From the NCBI GenBank assembly GCA_000934665.2, contig JYFJ02002012.1, positions 1 to 64,000 on the forward strand: 64,000 bases of DNA. Direction: 5' to 3'. The notes under the pieces are model-generated. The model had not been told where the DNA came from and searched no databases. It saw only the letters and a list, made by a program, of their open reading frames with translations. Source of the DNA: Catajapyx aquilonaris (Eukaryota). The position numbers and the translations under genes were made by a program. Positions 1 through 12,648 of this stretch are shown piece by piece. Within the stretch, counting starts at the first letter, position 1. Each line of letters starts with the position of its first letter.

Positions 1-943
1 TGAAACCCCTGGGGCATATGTCGGGGCCTCCGTACGGATTTGCATAGCGAATAACAGGAGAGACAGACATACGTCTAGAAATATGTATTAGATGGAACGG
101 GTTCCGATATAGTACAGCACACAAATTGGCGAATGACCTAAAGCAAGTTTTTCTCTGAAGGATGAAAAACTCGATTTGCTTAAAGCGTAAACATCGTTAA
201 AAGTGTTGATTAGTCTCCGCAGTGATAAACACTCCTTGGGCGCATTAGACAGATTGGATCCAGAAGAGATACGATGTAAAATAAGGATAAATGGCCACCT
301 GAGAGAGCGATAGAGCCTCTTTCTTAGAAGCAATTCACTTATTTTCTCCAGCTTGCTCTTTATTCCTGCTCCATTGAAAAAAAACAGCAAACAAGAATGA
401 TGCTAGCGGCTGCTGGGATTGATAACGCTGCACTAATTAGGTTTACCAAAGACTGGCTTGTGCCTCAATATTTGCCAACATCTATTAACCACAGGCATAA
501 AAATTGGTCAAACAGCATTAAGTCAGACCATTTTTTTTGAATTCAAAGGGAATCACAAAGTAGCTTACATGGGGGGAAAATAGCGTGGAAAATAACATTT
601 ACTTTTGTACCGGGCAGAGTTTCAGGAAAGCTTTCAAACTAGCGAGAGTTATGTACAGTGTGAGAGTGGGGAGAAAAAAAATGCTAATGGAGGAGAGTAC
701 AAAACGTCAACTGATAATATGCATCCCATTTTGGGCTTTTTTCCACCCGGAGAGAAAATGCCAAAACGAGTTTGAATGGAAGTGGGAGGAATGGTCATGT
801 CATTTTTCCCATTGCAGCACTGCAGTGTTTGGGTCTGGTGCATGAAATAGACAAAGGGAGAGAGAAAAATGTGGTTGACAATGATGCACACATGCAGAGA
901 ATTTTTTAAATTTAAATATGAATAACTTTTTTTTCAATTTTAG

Positions 944-1232
944 GATGAGGAGGTGGATGGAGAGTTTCGACGTCCTCGAAACCGAGCATTGTCGGCGACG
1001 TCTCTTCGGCGACTGAGCGTCGCTTCTCATATGGGAACCAGCACTAGAGCAGTTGGTACACCTTCTTCTCCAGGATCAAGAAAGTCTTCCTCTTCTTCTT
1101 CCGCCACAGTCACTCCTGCGTCGCCACCTCGCCAACATCACTCGCACCATCATCATCAACAGCAGCAACCTCCATCATTGCTGTACCAGCCACAACAGCA
1201 ACAACAACCACAAACTGAATATCATCAGCAAG

Positions 1233-1286
<54 letters not shown>

Positions 1287-1354
1287 CACGCCCACATTCT
1301 AGACGAAAATCATGCCCTTCCACTTCCGTTCATCGGATTTCAACCACTATATAA
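944..1354 (+). CDS. Terminal coding exon of an upstream gene (Ser/His/Gln-rich low-complexity C-terminus); product not identified
   Basis: Polypyrimidine tract and acceptor tttag|GAT at 943/944. Open frame DEEVDGEFRRPRNRALSATSLRRLSVASH...RISTTI* ends at 1354 and contains basic-Ser motifs (RRLS, RRKS) and polyQ. Confidence 0.6.
1235..1285 (+). repeat. (CAA)17 microsatellite encoding polyglutamine
   Basis: Uninterrupted CAA run inside the 944-1354 exon. Confidence 0.95.
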
Positions 1355-3391
1355 CAATACCAACCACTCCATTCACAATATTCATGTTGTTGTCGAACAT
1401 GACGAGACTGATGTTCGGTAATTTGACGATATCGATATGGTTTTTCTTATCGATTGACATTTTATGTACATATAACTATGTGTGATTGTATACGAAAGAG
1501 TGCAGTATTTCAAAACCATCTTATATATAAATACATATACAATTTGACTGTTGATAATGTTACGGTTTTATCACGTATAGGCTACTAATTCGACAAGTTT
1601 CGTAACCTGAAAATGTCGCCTGTATGTAGAATGCGGCGCATTAATCCAGTACCTTTGCCGTAGTGACCAAAGTGTAATTGCGGTAAGTCCCTATAAATTG
1701 TCTAAGCAAAAAATGGAAAACATAAATTCATTACAGTTCCAATGACGTTTTACAAAACGACATCTTAATCTCTTGTATTAGCATTTCAAATTTTGGGCCA
1801 TCAAAACTTATTAGAGAGGAACTACTGCATTGCGTACAGAACAATAGCGTAAATCTTCCTGAATACCGTGTATAGTTTTCACTGAGCGTCTTGCAATCAT
1901 TCCGCACACCCTGAGACTGAATGTCATAAACCTATACACTTCTCTCAGACCCTGCATTTAGGGTATTAAACCTCATATCTATGCAACCACAAAGATCATT
2001 CTGTGCTGAATCTTCTCCCCTTCAGGGTCCAATTTTGGATAACTTACAAGTTAGTACATTCGCCCACCCTTCTTGGCACCTTGATAAAATATACTGAGCA
2101 AGTGAGACCATTGGAAGTCACAACAGCTGAGGTCATTACGTCAAATCGCTTGAATTTATTCAACTGTCTCTTTCCACGACCGTTTACTTCTGGTTGTGTT
2201 TCATTACGGTGCCGTAATTAGATTAAGGCTACTTCCGAAACTTCAGAAAACTGAGGGATTCATTTTTCAGACATTAAACAAGTATCAAACAGATGCCCTT
2301 ACCTTAAAGACTCAAGTCCAAATCAGAATTCATTCTTTAATATTTCTAATTTTTTTTATCAATGCCACAAAAAATTGCTTATGTTTCATACCCTACTCAA
2401 CTAAGGCACATCAAAACTAATTACATCACCAGTCACAAATCCATGGCAAAGACTGTCAAGTTATGTATCTTTGGCACTAAGCTAGTTGCAACAAAATTGC
2501 AGTAACACAAAGCATCATTTATCCCGGAAGATTACAGTCAACTATGATTGTTAGTAGATGTTCTTTTTTTAAAAGAAAAAAAGAGAATCATTATCCTTTT
2601 GTCGTGTGCTGGATAAACTTTCATCATTATGGTGTGGTGCTGTATTTCAATGGAAGTATCATGTTTCTTCTCATCAGCTGTTGTAAAAGTTCTGTCAGTG
2701 GTCGTTGGTAAGCAATGGCTAATAATAACTCGATAAGCGAGCGACAAGGTAACTTTCTGGTAAAATGGGACCACGATGGTATGAAGAATTATTTTGTACG
2801 ATTTCTCTATTTCTGACCTCTTGTCTTTTCGGATGGATGCATAGTGAATATCTCAATAGAAAACTACTGTAACGTTCATAGTGGAATTTTTTACAGCTAA
2901 TCTTTTGCCTCTGTTCTGTATCACGTTTGGTATATTCGGTAACATTCAACTGATAACATTTCTTAAATTGTTCCTGTGCATGTGTTACTATTCATGTTCT
3001 GAAAAGAATTTACATCTCGACATAATAACACCCTCTTCTCTCTTGGTGTCATTTTTAGGAAGTTTGAATATTCTTTTCTTCCGACGACTGAATGTAAATA
3101 TGTCAAATTTTCTGGTCTGTTTCCTTCATTAAGCAGGTGCACGGTCTTATCTTAGCCCATTGTTCCGTGATAATGATTAGTAGAAACGTTCTAGTTTCAT
3201 TCCCCCCAGAAGAGGTTTGTGTATAGTACCATGATAATGAGAAGCTTTCGGCATTGTCTTAAAATGCTGTAACTGAAATATTGATGTCAGAAACCTTGGA
3301 AGTTTCAGGTTTATAAAGCATCCATTAATGTCGACGTAGTTTTAACAACAGTCTTATGTTTCGTTAAAATTATAATGATATGGACGATATA

Positions 3392-3748
3392 CAGGGTAGT
3401 GGGAAAGGTACCATTTCGAATTCCTTAAGGCGAAATTACCCTCGTTGATTTTGTAGGTGTGGCTCTATTACTAAGATATTTGCAGGCTAAATTAATTAAA
3501 CCATTTTGGCCCTTTCAAATTGCACACATGCATAATAGGGTCACGTTTATCAGGCGACCCATGTAGCAAGACATGTCATGGGTTGGCATATAACCCACTG
3601 TATGACCTCCATTACATACACCTGTAACCTTAACATGAGATATTAGCATAATGAATTCAATATTGCCAAAGTCAAATAGGGTCATTTCGCATATCTCAAG
3701 TTACCTATAGGTCCGACAGAAGAGCCTATCACCTTATCCACCATCCTC
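3392..3748. mobile_element. Possible degenerate Tc1/mariner-type MITE
   Basis: TA-CAGGGTAGTGGGAAAGGT at the left and ACCTTATCCACCATCCTC-TA at the right form an imperfect inverted repeat flanked by TA. Confidence 0.35.
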
Positions 3749-6006
3749 TATACACGTTAAGTATCAGCATTGTAGTTGAAGGTTGAAGTTGTTTTTTTTG
3801 AGAACTGTAGCGGGGGAACGACCTACATGACAATTGCATGATTTAATTCAGTAAATCATTTCTGTTTGTGCAATTAGCAATGTACTGCTCCTCATTGGGA
3901 TGTTTTGCACCACATGACTAGTAGGAATGTAAATTGCTACGTTTCAAGAAAGAAAAAAAAACCTTCAGCTTTACTTTTATGTAGGTATTTGAATAAAACA
4001 ATAACATGCAGAACTGGGAAAAAGACACTGTGCAATTAAAGCACGTTATAGGCACATGAAACCGGTAGAATAGCAATGGGAAAAAGAACTAGGTATTTAT
4101 GAGAAAATTGCAATTTTTGTATAAAACAACATCATTTATGGGGTTTTTCGGAAAGGTCAGCATGTAATTATAGCAGGACATCTCATTAATTAATGCTGCA
4201 AAAATATAATACAGACAGGTAAACACTACAGTAATGTCAACGACCTCATTTTAAAAGCAGCAAGCTGTATGCAATAGTAACTATATATACATCACGGCAG
4301 TAATGTTACTGTTAATCCCAGCATTAAATTATAGAAGACCAGGCATGGCATTCAACACATCCTGTGGAGCAATAACTAACTCGAATGAAAGCTTAATTGG
4401 CATCGATAATACTATGAGACTTATTCCCTTGGGAGTTATGCCATTATTTGGGTACAGTCTTTAGTCTTGCGATGCATTTATTCGTGCTTTGTTTGAACAA
4501 ATGCATAGTCCTTCCACGTGAACGGATACCTGCCAATCACTGTAGGTAATGATACTAATGAGTAATGATGAACCTGTATTCTGCTTTCGACAGAATCATT
4601 GGTGCGAGAATTGAAGAGGGGTCAGAATTTTTAAAAATGTAAATCAAGCACAACTCCACGCTTCTATTTAAGGGATCATAATTTTCTGGTATAGAGTGTA
4701 TACCAACAAAACAGGGTCGTTATGTGGAAATTGTAACTTGCATATTGTACACTGGTACAGTACTTCTTATGGTTAATAATATATAATAAACGTCTTTTAA
4801 CTTTGACTATTTTATTTGCAATGATATAATAGCTATATAATTATTCTTTGCAGTTTTCATACATGATATGTTTCATTACTACATCCTGCATAACATAATT
4901 GTGTCATTGATGTACAGGAACAAATAGTTATATGTGCTCCTATATACAAAGGTGAGTAATAATAATTGACATTTACGACTAGTTCATACTAAGAGAGAAT
5001 GAACTTAATTCCTACTTCAACTCCGGAGTCATTAGTGGTAATCTAATATGGTACTGAATTTATTTGCACTATGGCGACTCATAGGACAAGAGAACGATAT
5101 TAGGACCTAAAATACTCCACATGTATTTATCACACCTACATCAATGCTTAAAGTATGATTCGCGCGTTATTTTTCTCTTGATTGTATACAGTGCACGGTA
5201 CAGTATAATACTAATTCTAAGCCCCTGAGTATAGTGGGCCATATCTGAGGCAAATGAAGAGCATGGGTTATCTGCCATCCAGCAAGGCAAAGGAACAACA
5301 ACGCGACGAGAGTCAACATCAGATGTGGATGTCACTTGTTGTAGAAAGTGCTGTCTATAAAAGCTGCAGCACAAGTTGAATATCTCTTCTCGGAAAAACT
5401 ATTTTGCTGTAGTCATATTACAAGGCAAGTTCAATAATTACGTTATCTGCAAGTAGTGACACATATCTGTGTATGAATATTGCACTGGAACCAAACATGA
5501 TTAAAGACACGAAATACTTATGAAATCGACCTGAAATAATCCGCGTAACCGGCTTGTCACTCTTACCATTCATTTTAATATTCGGCTAGTTTTATTCAAG
5601 TTTTAATACAAACTAAACGGAGACCACGATCAAATTCTTCAACCATCTGCCAAAAAGCATACTAAATTTTTATGGTATTTAAAAATATTCAAAATGATTG
5701 AGTTATTCTTTGTAGGCTACCAGTGTATCATTGCTCTTGCACACATTGAAATTCGGTTGCAACTGAACGACCAATTAAATCGCAATTCCAAGATAACCAC
5801 AGTCAGTTGGCATTTAGTCTCCATATTGCTTGTTATCATCCACCTGTGCAAGTTTATCGATTTCACCTGACCAAAACAATGCAGAAACGCAACAAATCAG
5901 AACGGCAATGAAGTGGCTCACTTATTAGGCTACACTATGCCCATGTACCTGTAGAATACAATTTTGGCGTTGCAAAATCTGTCGCTTTGTGGACGAATGG
6001 GGTAGT

Positions 6007-6061
6007 ACCACGAGTGCACAACCGACCTCGTGCAGGTGCAGGTCGGTCGTGCACTCGTGGT
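6007..6061. repeat. GC-rich hairpin (22-bp arms, 1 mismatch, 11-nt loop)
   Basis: ACCACGAGTGCACAACCGACCT ... AGGTCGGTCGTGCACTCGTGGT. Confidence 0.85.
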
Positions 6062-6358
6062 GCAGGGCCTACGTTTTTAACAACAAACTAAAAATCTGCG
6101 AAAATAAAGGAGAGTGACATAACTTACGCCGGCTATCAAGTGTCTCCGAAGATGGTCTGCAGGCCCGAGGTTCAGAGCAGAGGTCACGGACCTCTTACCG
6201 GATGAGAAGGTCAGCGACAGGCAATCTGAAGTTGTGAAGTGAACTTTGCCAGGTCCCCCTACATTTGAGCAGGCCGCGAAGGCATTGCCAACGTTACTGT
6301 GATCCTACCTGTTTACAGCGATGGGAGTGGGGCAGTTGCCATCCCTGCGGAGGAGAAG

Positions 6359-9300
6359 ATGGCGGAGGTGGAGGAAGAGCAGGGCTCACTACAACAACAC
6401 CCTAAAAAGCGGGCCAGGAACCCAACAGGCGAGTGGAGCTTGGTCGCCTCTTGCTCTCAGCTGCCATTCCCTCCTCCATTCGGCACCGAATGACGGTGCA
6501 ATGCCGGGCGCAAGGGTTATTGCTGCTATGAACCTGTTTCGCCTGTAGATTGTTGCCCTCATAGACCCAGTAGAAGACTAAATAAATTGTCCATGTATAG
6601 GCTTGAGGAATGTACCTGGCAATGTACAGTTAATCAAAAAATTGTTTGTCCGCAGAGCTCAGGTGTGACTGTATAGCGAATCTCATAAAAATTTTATGTT
6701 GGGTTGGATGTGCAATGCCGGATCATTAGAGGGTGGGTTGGTTTATGTACGTTTCAAAATATTCCACATGAACTTGATCCATGTCATTGATACCATGAAC
6801 AGCATCCAACTTGACATGGCATAGACCCATGATTCATTTACCGTGGGATTCCCCTGCCCTTTTGTGGGGGTCATCAAATTTTATTATTCTAGGAAATGTC
6901 CGATTATTGTAAAACTATTTTTTGTCATTCCAAAAATGATATAATTATTTTATGACCTAATTGAATATATTCGTGGTATATAATAATGCTTTCTTAAGAG
7001 CAGATGTTTGTTGCAAATACGAAGGTGGATCAAAAAGTAATTGACAACTTTTTTAATTTTGAAGCTACACAACAGAAACTGAAACTGAGATATACATATG
7101 AAAGGGCAAGTCATTCTCTAATTTATAGTCACCATGCACTTTGGTGCACTTGTCCAAGGGGTACACTAGCTTTTCCATGCCACTGCAGAAAAAAAAGTCA
7201 GGCTGGATGGGAAGCCAGCAGCGGATGGCCTCTCTCTCTTCCTCGATGTCGCTGAAGTGCTGACGGGCCAGGTGCTTCTTTCTTGGTCCAAATAGATGGT
7301 CTTAACCACCTTAGGACAGAAGCCCTGGCTTGTCAAAACCTCAGCAACATCGAGGAAATGTCTGGGGGGTCAGAGACGGAGGAGACCCTCTTGACCCAGG
7401 CAAAAGGGAGCTCCCGGGCGGGGATCGAACCCAGGACCTTTTGCTCAGCAAGCTGAGTCGTTACCTACTCAGCCACCATGCCTCCCCCATTTCGTACATA
7501 CAGTATATCTCAGTTTCAGGTTCTGTTGTGAAGCTTCGGAATTTAAAAAGTTGTCAATTACTTTTTAATTTGCCCTCGTAGTAGGAAGTAGAATTTGTAA
7601 CAAAAATTGAGATTTCTACAACAGTGTGGAATAAAAGGGGAACTTATTATTAACTTAATCACTTAACGCATTTCTTGAAGCAAGGAAAATGCTAACTGTA
7701 CTGTGCAGTACTCTTATTCTTTGATGGTGAATTATTATTGATATGATTAATTATAAATAATATTATGTTTTAGCAAAAGATATTCCTGCACCATTATAGC
7801 ATAGTCAGAAACTCCAGTTTCATAGACTTGCTCATATATCTGGAACAAATCTTTGGAGACAATAGGAGACTGAATTATCAAAGCAGACTGTGGCTGTACT
7901 GTGTACATATGGTATTGTAATTAATCTACCAGCAAGGCAAATTTATATAGTTAATTTTTCAATATCATGTATAGGTTATATATTTATAGGTGTGTGATTT
8001 AAAAGCCTGACATATTGTTTGTTCATTGCAGAATGGAAGAGAGAAAAGAGGAAAAGGCTGCGAATTGCAGGCCAGGAGTACATCAACAGCCGTGGAGATT
8101 TGGTGCAGGCAAGGAGCATTGGAGATGACTGCAAATGCCGACGAAAGTGCTACACCAAGGCAGGATTTTATTTCTATCACTGTAGTATTATAAGCATGGA
8201 TCTGACCCTTGCATGTGTGTATAAATGATGCATTTATGCCAGTTGATTTTTACTCAAAATTGTGGCTAAGTTATATACCACTTTCAGGTATCAGAGGAGA
8301 ATCGTCTTCAGCTCTTTGAAGGCTATTATGACCTGAATTCACATGATGAACAGAATGCCTATCTATATGGCCTCATCCGCAAGCATGACATTGCCAGAAA
8401 GCGAAGCAAGAACAGTGACAGACGCACCTGCACATACAAGTATTTCGTTCGCCTGAGAGGCAAGGAAATACAAGTGTGTCGCCTAGCATTTGCTCACATT
8501 CATGGAATTTCACCACACAAGATACGAATACTCTGCCAAAAGATGGACCAAAACATCATGTACCCAAGGGACAGGAGAGGGAAGCATGACAATAGGCCCA
8601 AGAAGATTGCAAAAGAAACAATACAGCACATCAAGGAACATATATATTCAGTTTTGAGGTCAGATAGAGTGAGAGACTTTGTGAAAGAAGAGAAGAATAA
8701 TGGACCCGACGTCAACATCACTAGGATGTGGAAAGATTACCTGTCTAAGTTAGTGATTATGCTGTTTCATGACATTCGATGGATTCCTTTTCCTGTCTCT
8801 CGCCTTATTGAAAGTTAAATGTATATCTGCCACATGTCATGAAAAATTTACATGCTTTTTATAATATGGAAAGGTTAAATTAGCTGATATGATTTTTTTT
8901 TTGCCCATTACGGCTTTAAAAAATTAAGCAATTTCTTGGCTTCATTTGTTACTCTCACTTATTCACACTGCCTTGTGTTCTTTCATTTTGCAGATACGAT
9001 CCACAGTTCCATCTCTACACCAGTCATGGTCGCAGTAAAAACCGACTGTGGGCAGAACCAGACACCATGGCCTCCGAGATGGACATTGTAAATGCTGCAA
9101 ACCCTTCGTCATCCACTGATACAGCTCTTGATATTGACCATTTAACAGACCGAGAGCCATTGTCTTCTGATTCTGAAATTGATTCAGATTCCAATTCTGA
9201 GTTGGAGTTACAGAGGCCTCAACTACAACACCAGCAGCAGCAACTCCCTCAATCTCCAGGCACAGCAGATTCAGCTTCAAAAGAAAGGGACACAAAAAAG

Positions 9301-9747
9301 AAGAAAAAGAATATTCTGGAACCAGCCGTTAAACACTGGCTGTACAGCAAAGTATTCCATGAGGAATTCAAGTTCCATGATTTTTTGCAGCTCAAACGAC
9401 GCTTGTGGGAGGTAAAGTCTGGCACCACACCTTCACCAAGTAAAACTGGGCAAGGGTCATCAGCTGCAGGGAAGTCAGAGAGGAAACAAAAAACTCCTAA
9501 AAAGATTCTGAGGGACAAGTTGGAGATGGATCAGGGTGAGGAGGTACAGCTGACAGCCGCAGATATAGATGAGCCTATGATTACCATAGGAAATCCAGTG
9601 GTCACCAATCCTGGTGCAGCAGACATGTTCATCTTGCCAATTGGGATCCCAGAGCTCAGTTTGCAGGGGTATCAGCCCGGGATAGTCAACCTTGGAGGAG
9701 TCAGTGTCAATGTCACAGAACCTGGTGGCACTTATTATTACCAGTGA
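6359..9747 (+). CDS. Spliced ~470-aa protein derived from the N-terminal Cys-containing region of a Sola1-like DNA transposase; no catalytic domain
   Basis: Exons 6359-6428, 8032-8159, 8288-8748 and 8994-9747 join in frame (1413 nt); the first two introns have GC donors. Protein reads KKRARNPTEWKREKRKRLRIAGQEY..CKCRRKC..EQNAYLYGLI..VCRLAFAHIHGIS..DRRGKHDNRP..ITRMWKDY..LYSKVFHEEF, a motif order I recall from Sola1/DUF7869-type transposases. An acceptor at 6318 means the true start may lie upstream. Confidence 0.7.
7018..7580. mobile_element. Non-autonomous mariner-derived element in intron 1, interrupted by a SINE
   Basis: Ends TACGAAGGTGGATCAAAAAGTAATTGACAAC ... GTTGTCAATTACTTTTTAATTTGCCCTCGTA. 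The left arm is homologous to 11071-11371. Confidence 0.8.
7411..7488 (-). mobile_element. tRNA-derived SINE head
   Basis: The minus strand has an A-box-like TGGCTGAGTAGG and a B-box GGTTCGATCCC at Pol III spacing, but no good cloverleaf. Confidence 0.6.
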
Positions 9748-11070
9748 TGATCAGGTGATTATTATTTTGATTTCCTTATTTCTTGTGATACTCGAAGATG
9801 CCTTTTTTCATTATTTGTTGATGTAATTTTACTTTCACAGGTCATCTGTTATATGGCTATAAGAATATTAAGAAATGGATGGAGAGCTTATAAAAAAAGC
9901 AATGGCTCTCGCGGTCTGTTTCCTACCATATGAAGACCTGCCTCATTTAGGAGACTTTACCAGCAGTCGGGCTACTGCTAGCATAGTTCTCACAGTCTTC
10001 GAAGCATGGAAGCACCACTGCCATAGCGATGAGAAGATGCCAGTGTGGAACCGGAGTGATGGTTGCATTATTTACTACCTCAACTGTCACCATCAGAAAG
10101 TGATTAATGGAGTATTTCTAACCCTCCATGTCCCACCGTAAGGAGTTTGTGCATGTGCAAAAATAGGAAATGAGTTTTTTTTGGGAGAACAGGGCTAACC
10201 TTTGGTAAAGAACTGAAGAATTTGCATTTTAATTATTGACATAGACTCATAGAGAAATAGAGGTTCTGTGACCTCCCACTAAATGGACTCAGACTACAAC
10301 AGAATGTGCCATTGGTGACACTTTTTATGACTTGCCAGTTCAAGGCCATCAAAATAAAAGAGAAGTGGTTGAAAATGCACTTTCCGATTCTACAGTACCT
10401 CCTTTTTTTGAGACATTACTGCAAGGCCAGTATTTTAAAGTGAAATTCAATTTAATTGCCATTAAAATAGTGATTTACCATGGCTCCCTATAACAGTTTA
10501 CTGCGAATAATTGCATAGGTAGCCTACTAGTTGTCATTATGAAAATAGGCATCTGCAGAGTTACCAAGCGAGGGATAATGAGGGTGAAGTAGTGTACAGA
10601 ATCAATCTAGCATTAGTAGGGCAATTGATCTCTCTAGAATGCAAATCCTCATTTAACACTATGAATGCAAAGCAGCGTGATCTGTCATTCCAAAGGCCCT
10701 CTAGTTCACTCTAATCAGGATGAAATTGGAAAACACTACTACAGTAGTACTGTAGAATAGAGCCTGTTTACAGTGTAGCATGGTGCCAGGCAAGTGCTAC
10801 ATCGTTTCCAGTCACCACCCTTGTATTAATTTATTGTGGGGTTAATATTTTACATTGCTTTGTGCAGCCTCAAATATGTGATGCATGACTACTTTCAAGT
10901 AACCAAAATGATTGCAAGTCAAATTTCTTGTGTGGTGACAACTGTGTGTGCCATGAAATTCCGATAAATCTTGAATAATGATTTATATTGCAAAATACGT
11001 AATAACATGTGTAATATTGAAAACGAGGTAACAATTAGAGAAATGAATGCTGTAAGCAATATATTACTAC

Positions 11071-11826
11071 TACGAGGGAGAGTCAAAAAGTAATTGCGTA
11101 ATTTTTTTATTCTGAGGTTTCACTAGAGAAACTGAAACTGAGATACAGTATACATATGAAAGTGCAAGTCTTTCTCTAATTTTAGACATAGTCGCCATAC
11201 AATTTGGTGCATTTGTCCCATCAGGACACGAGTTTTTCCATACCCCTGCAGAAAAAAGCATCAGAATGGGTGGGAAGCCAGTGGAGGATGGCCTCCTTCA
11301 CTTCCTCGATGTCTCTGAAGTTCTGACCTGCCAGGTGCTTCTTCATTGGTCCAAAGAGGTGGTAGACCATGGTTAAAACCGTCTTTTAGGACCAAAAAAG
11401 AAGCAGCTGGCAGGTCAGATCTTCAGCGTGGGTGGGAAGCCAGTGTGGGATGGCCTCTTTCACTTCCTCGATGTCACTGAGTTCTTGAGAAGCTAGTGCT
11501 TCTTTTTTGGTCCAAAGAGGTGGTTGTACTCATGGTCTACCATCTCTTTGGACCAATGAAGAAGCACCTGGCAGTTCAGAACTTCAGCGACATCAAGGAA
11601 GTGAAAGAGTCCATCCCCCACTGGCTTCCCACTCAGTCTGATGCTTTCTTTTGCAGGTGTATGGCAAACCTCATGTCCTGATGGTACAAATGCACCGAAT
11701 TGTATGGCGACTATGTCTAAAATTAGAGAAAGACTTGCACTTTCATATGTATATCTCAGTTTCAGTTTCTTTAGTGAAACCTCTGAATTAAAAAATTACT
11801 CAATTACTTTTTGATTCTCCCTCATA
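11071..11826. mobile_element. Fold-back mariner MITE: two inverted copies of the transposase 3' end plus TIR
   Basis: Arms 11071-11371 and 11531-11826 are inverted repeats with TA at both ends. The right arm encodes HLFGPMKKHLAVQNFSDIKEVKESIPHWL..FFCR, the mariner transposase C-terminus. Confidence 0.9.
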
Positions 11827-12436
11827 TGTACAAGATTGTACTGTCTAGCATTTGTGCGTTGAATTCTGGGACTAGTTTGTTGCACCGTGACTTGCCAGTG
11901 ACCGTGATTTCTGTACATTTTGTTCATCCTCTTTGTACATGTGCTTCATTGTAGTGAGACTAATTATATTGATCTCTTTTGTGATCATATTGTAATAATT
12001 ATGATTGTAATATGTAAATCATGAATATTGGTACCAGTCTGACTAAACCTTGCAAGTAGTGACCCATGCCTAAGAATATCAGACACATAGATATTGGCAT
12101 AGTCTAGCAGAACCTTTTAATGGCATCTGGCTTTTCGACATGTGACCAATCATTTCACATCATTTGTCATTGTCCCTCAACATACACATGCAAATTTTAA
12201 TTGTAGCCTAACGATGTTGCATACTTACCATGTTTGGTCTACTTGTACTTTTATGTCACTTTTCTTTTATCTAAGTTCATTAGCATATTGTAAAATGACA
12301 AACAGAGTCTCAATATATGTTAGATATATTTATTTGATTTTTATAAAATAAAGAGAACAGCATAATACATGTAACGTCTGTCTACTCTGCTACATTCGCC
12401 TATAGGTAAAATACTGAGACTAATCCAGTACAGGTA

Positions 12437-12648
12437 CACCCGCGAGCATAAAGATAGAGACGGAAAGCTCTCACCTTCGGCAGGCTGCTCTGCCAATCTC
12501 AGCTATTACGGTATCAAAATATACTTACATAAATACACGAACATACGCATGAAGCAGCTCACTCGGTCCAAAAAGAGTTCATTAATTTGAGTCGGATAAA
12601 GAAAGGTCAAAAAAGGGCCTGTCGTCTCCATCTTTATGCTCGCGGGGG
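12437..12648. mobile_element. MITE with TA target duplication
   Basis: TA-CACCCGCGAGCATAAAGATAGAGACG ... CGTCTCCATCTTTATGCTCGCGGGGG-TA. Confidence 0.75.

Noticed and set aside
88..390. Minus-strand 100-aa ORF ending in YYIG (possible GIY-YIG/Penelope fragment)
   Set aside because: There is no upstream GIY/VY-C-C motif and a stop follows immediately; likely chance.
1053..1421. Poly-Asn ORF (+) and poly-Val ORF (-)
   Set aside because: Alternative readings of the CAA repeat; the polyQ frame is the one in phase with the acceptor at 943.
7411..7488. tRNA gene
   Set aside because: A and B boxes are present, but acceptor and anticodon stems do not pair properly and it sits inside a MITE, so a SINE head is more likely.
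11496..11681. Functional mariner transposase
   Set aside because: Only the last ~60 codons are present, with stops, inside a fold-back element.
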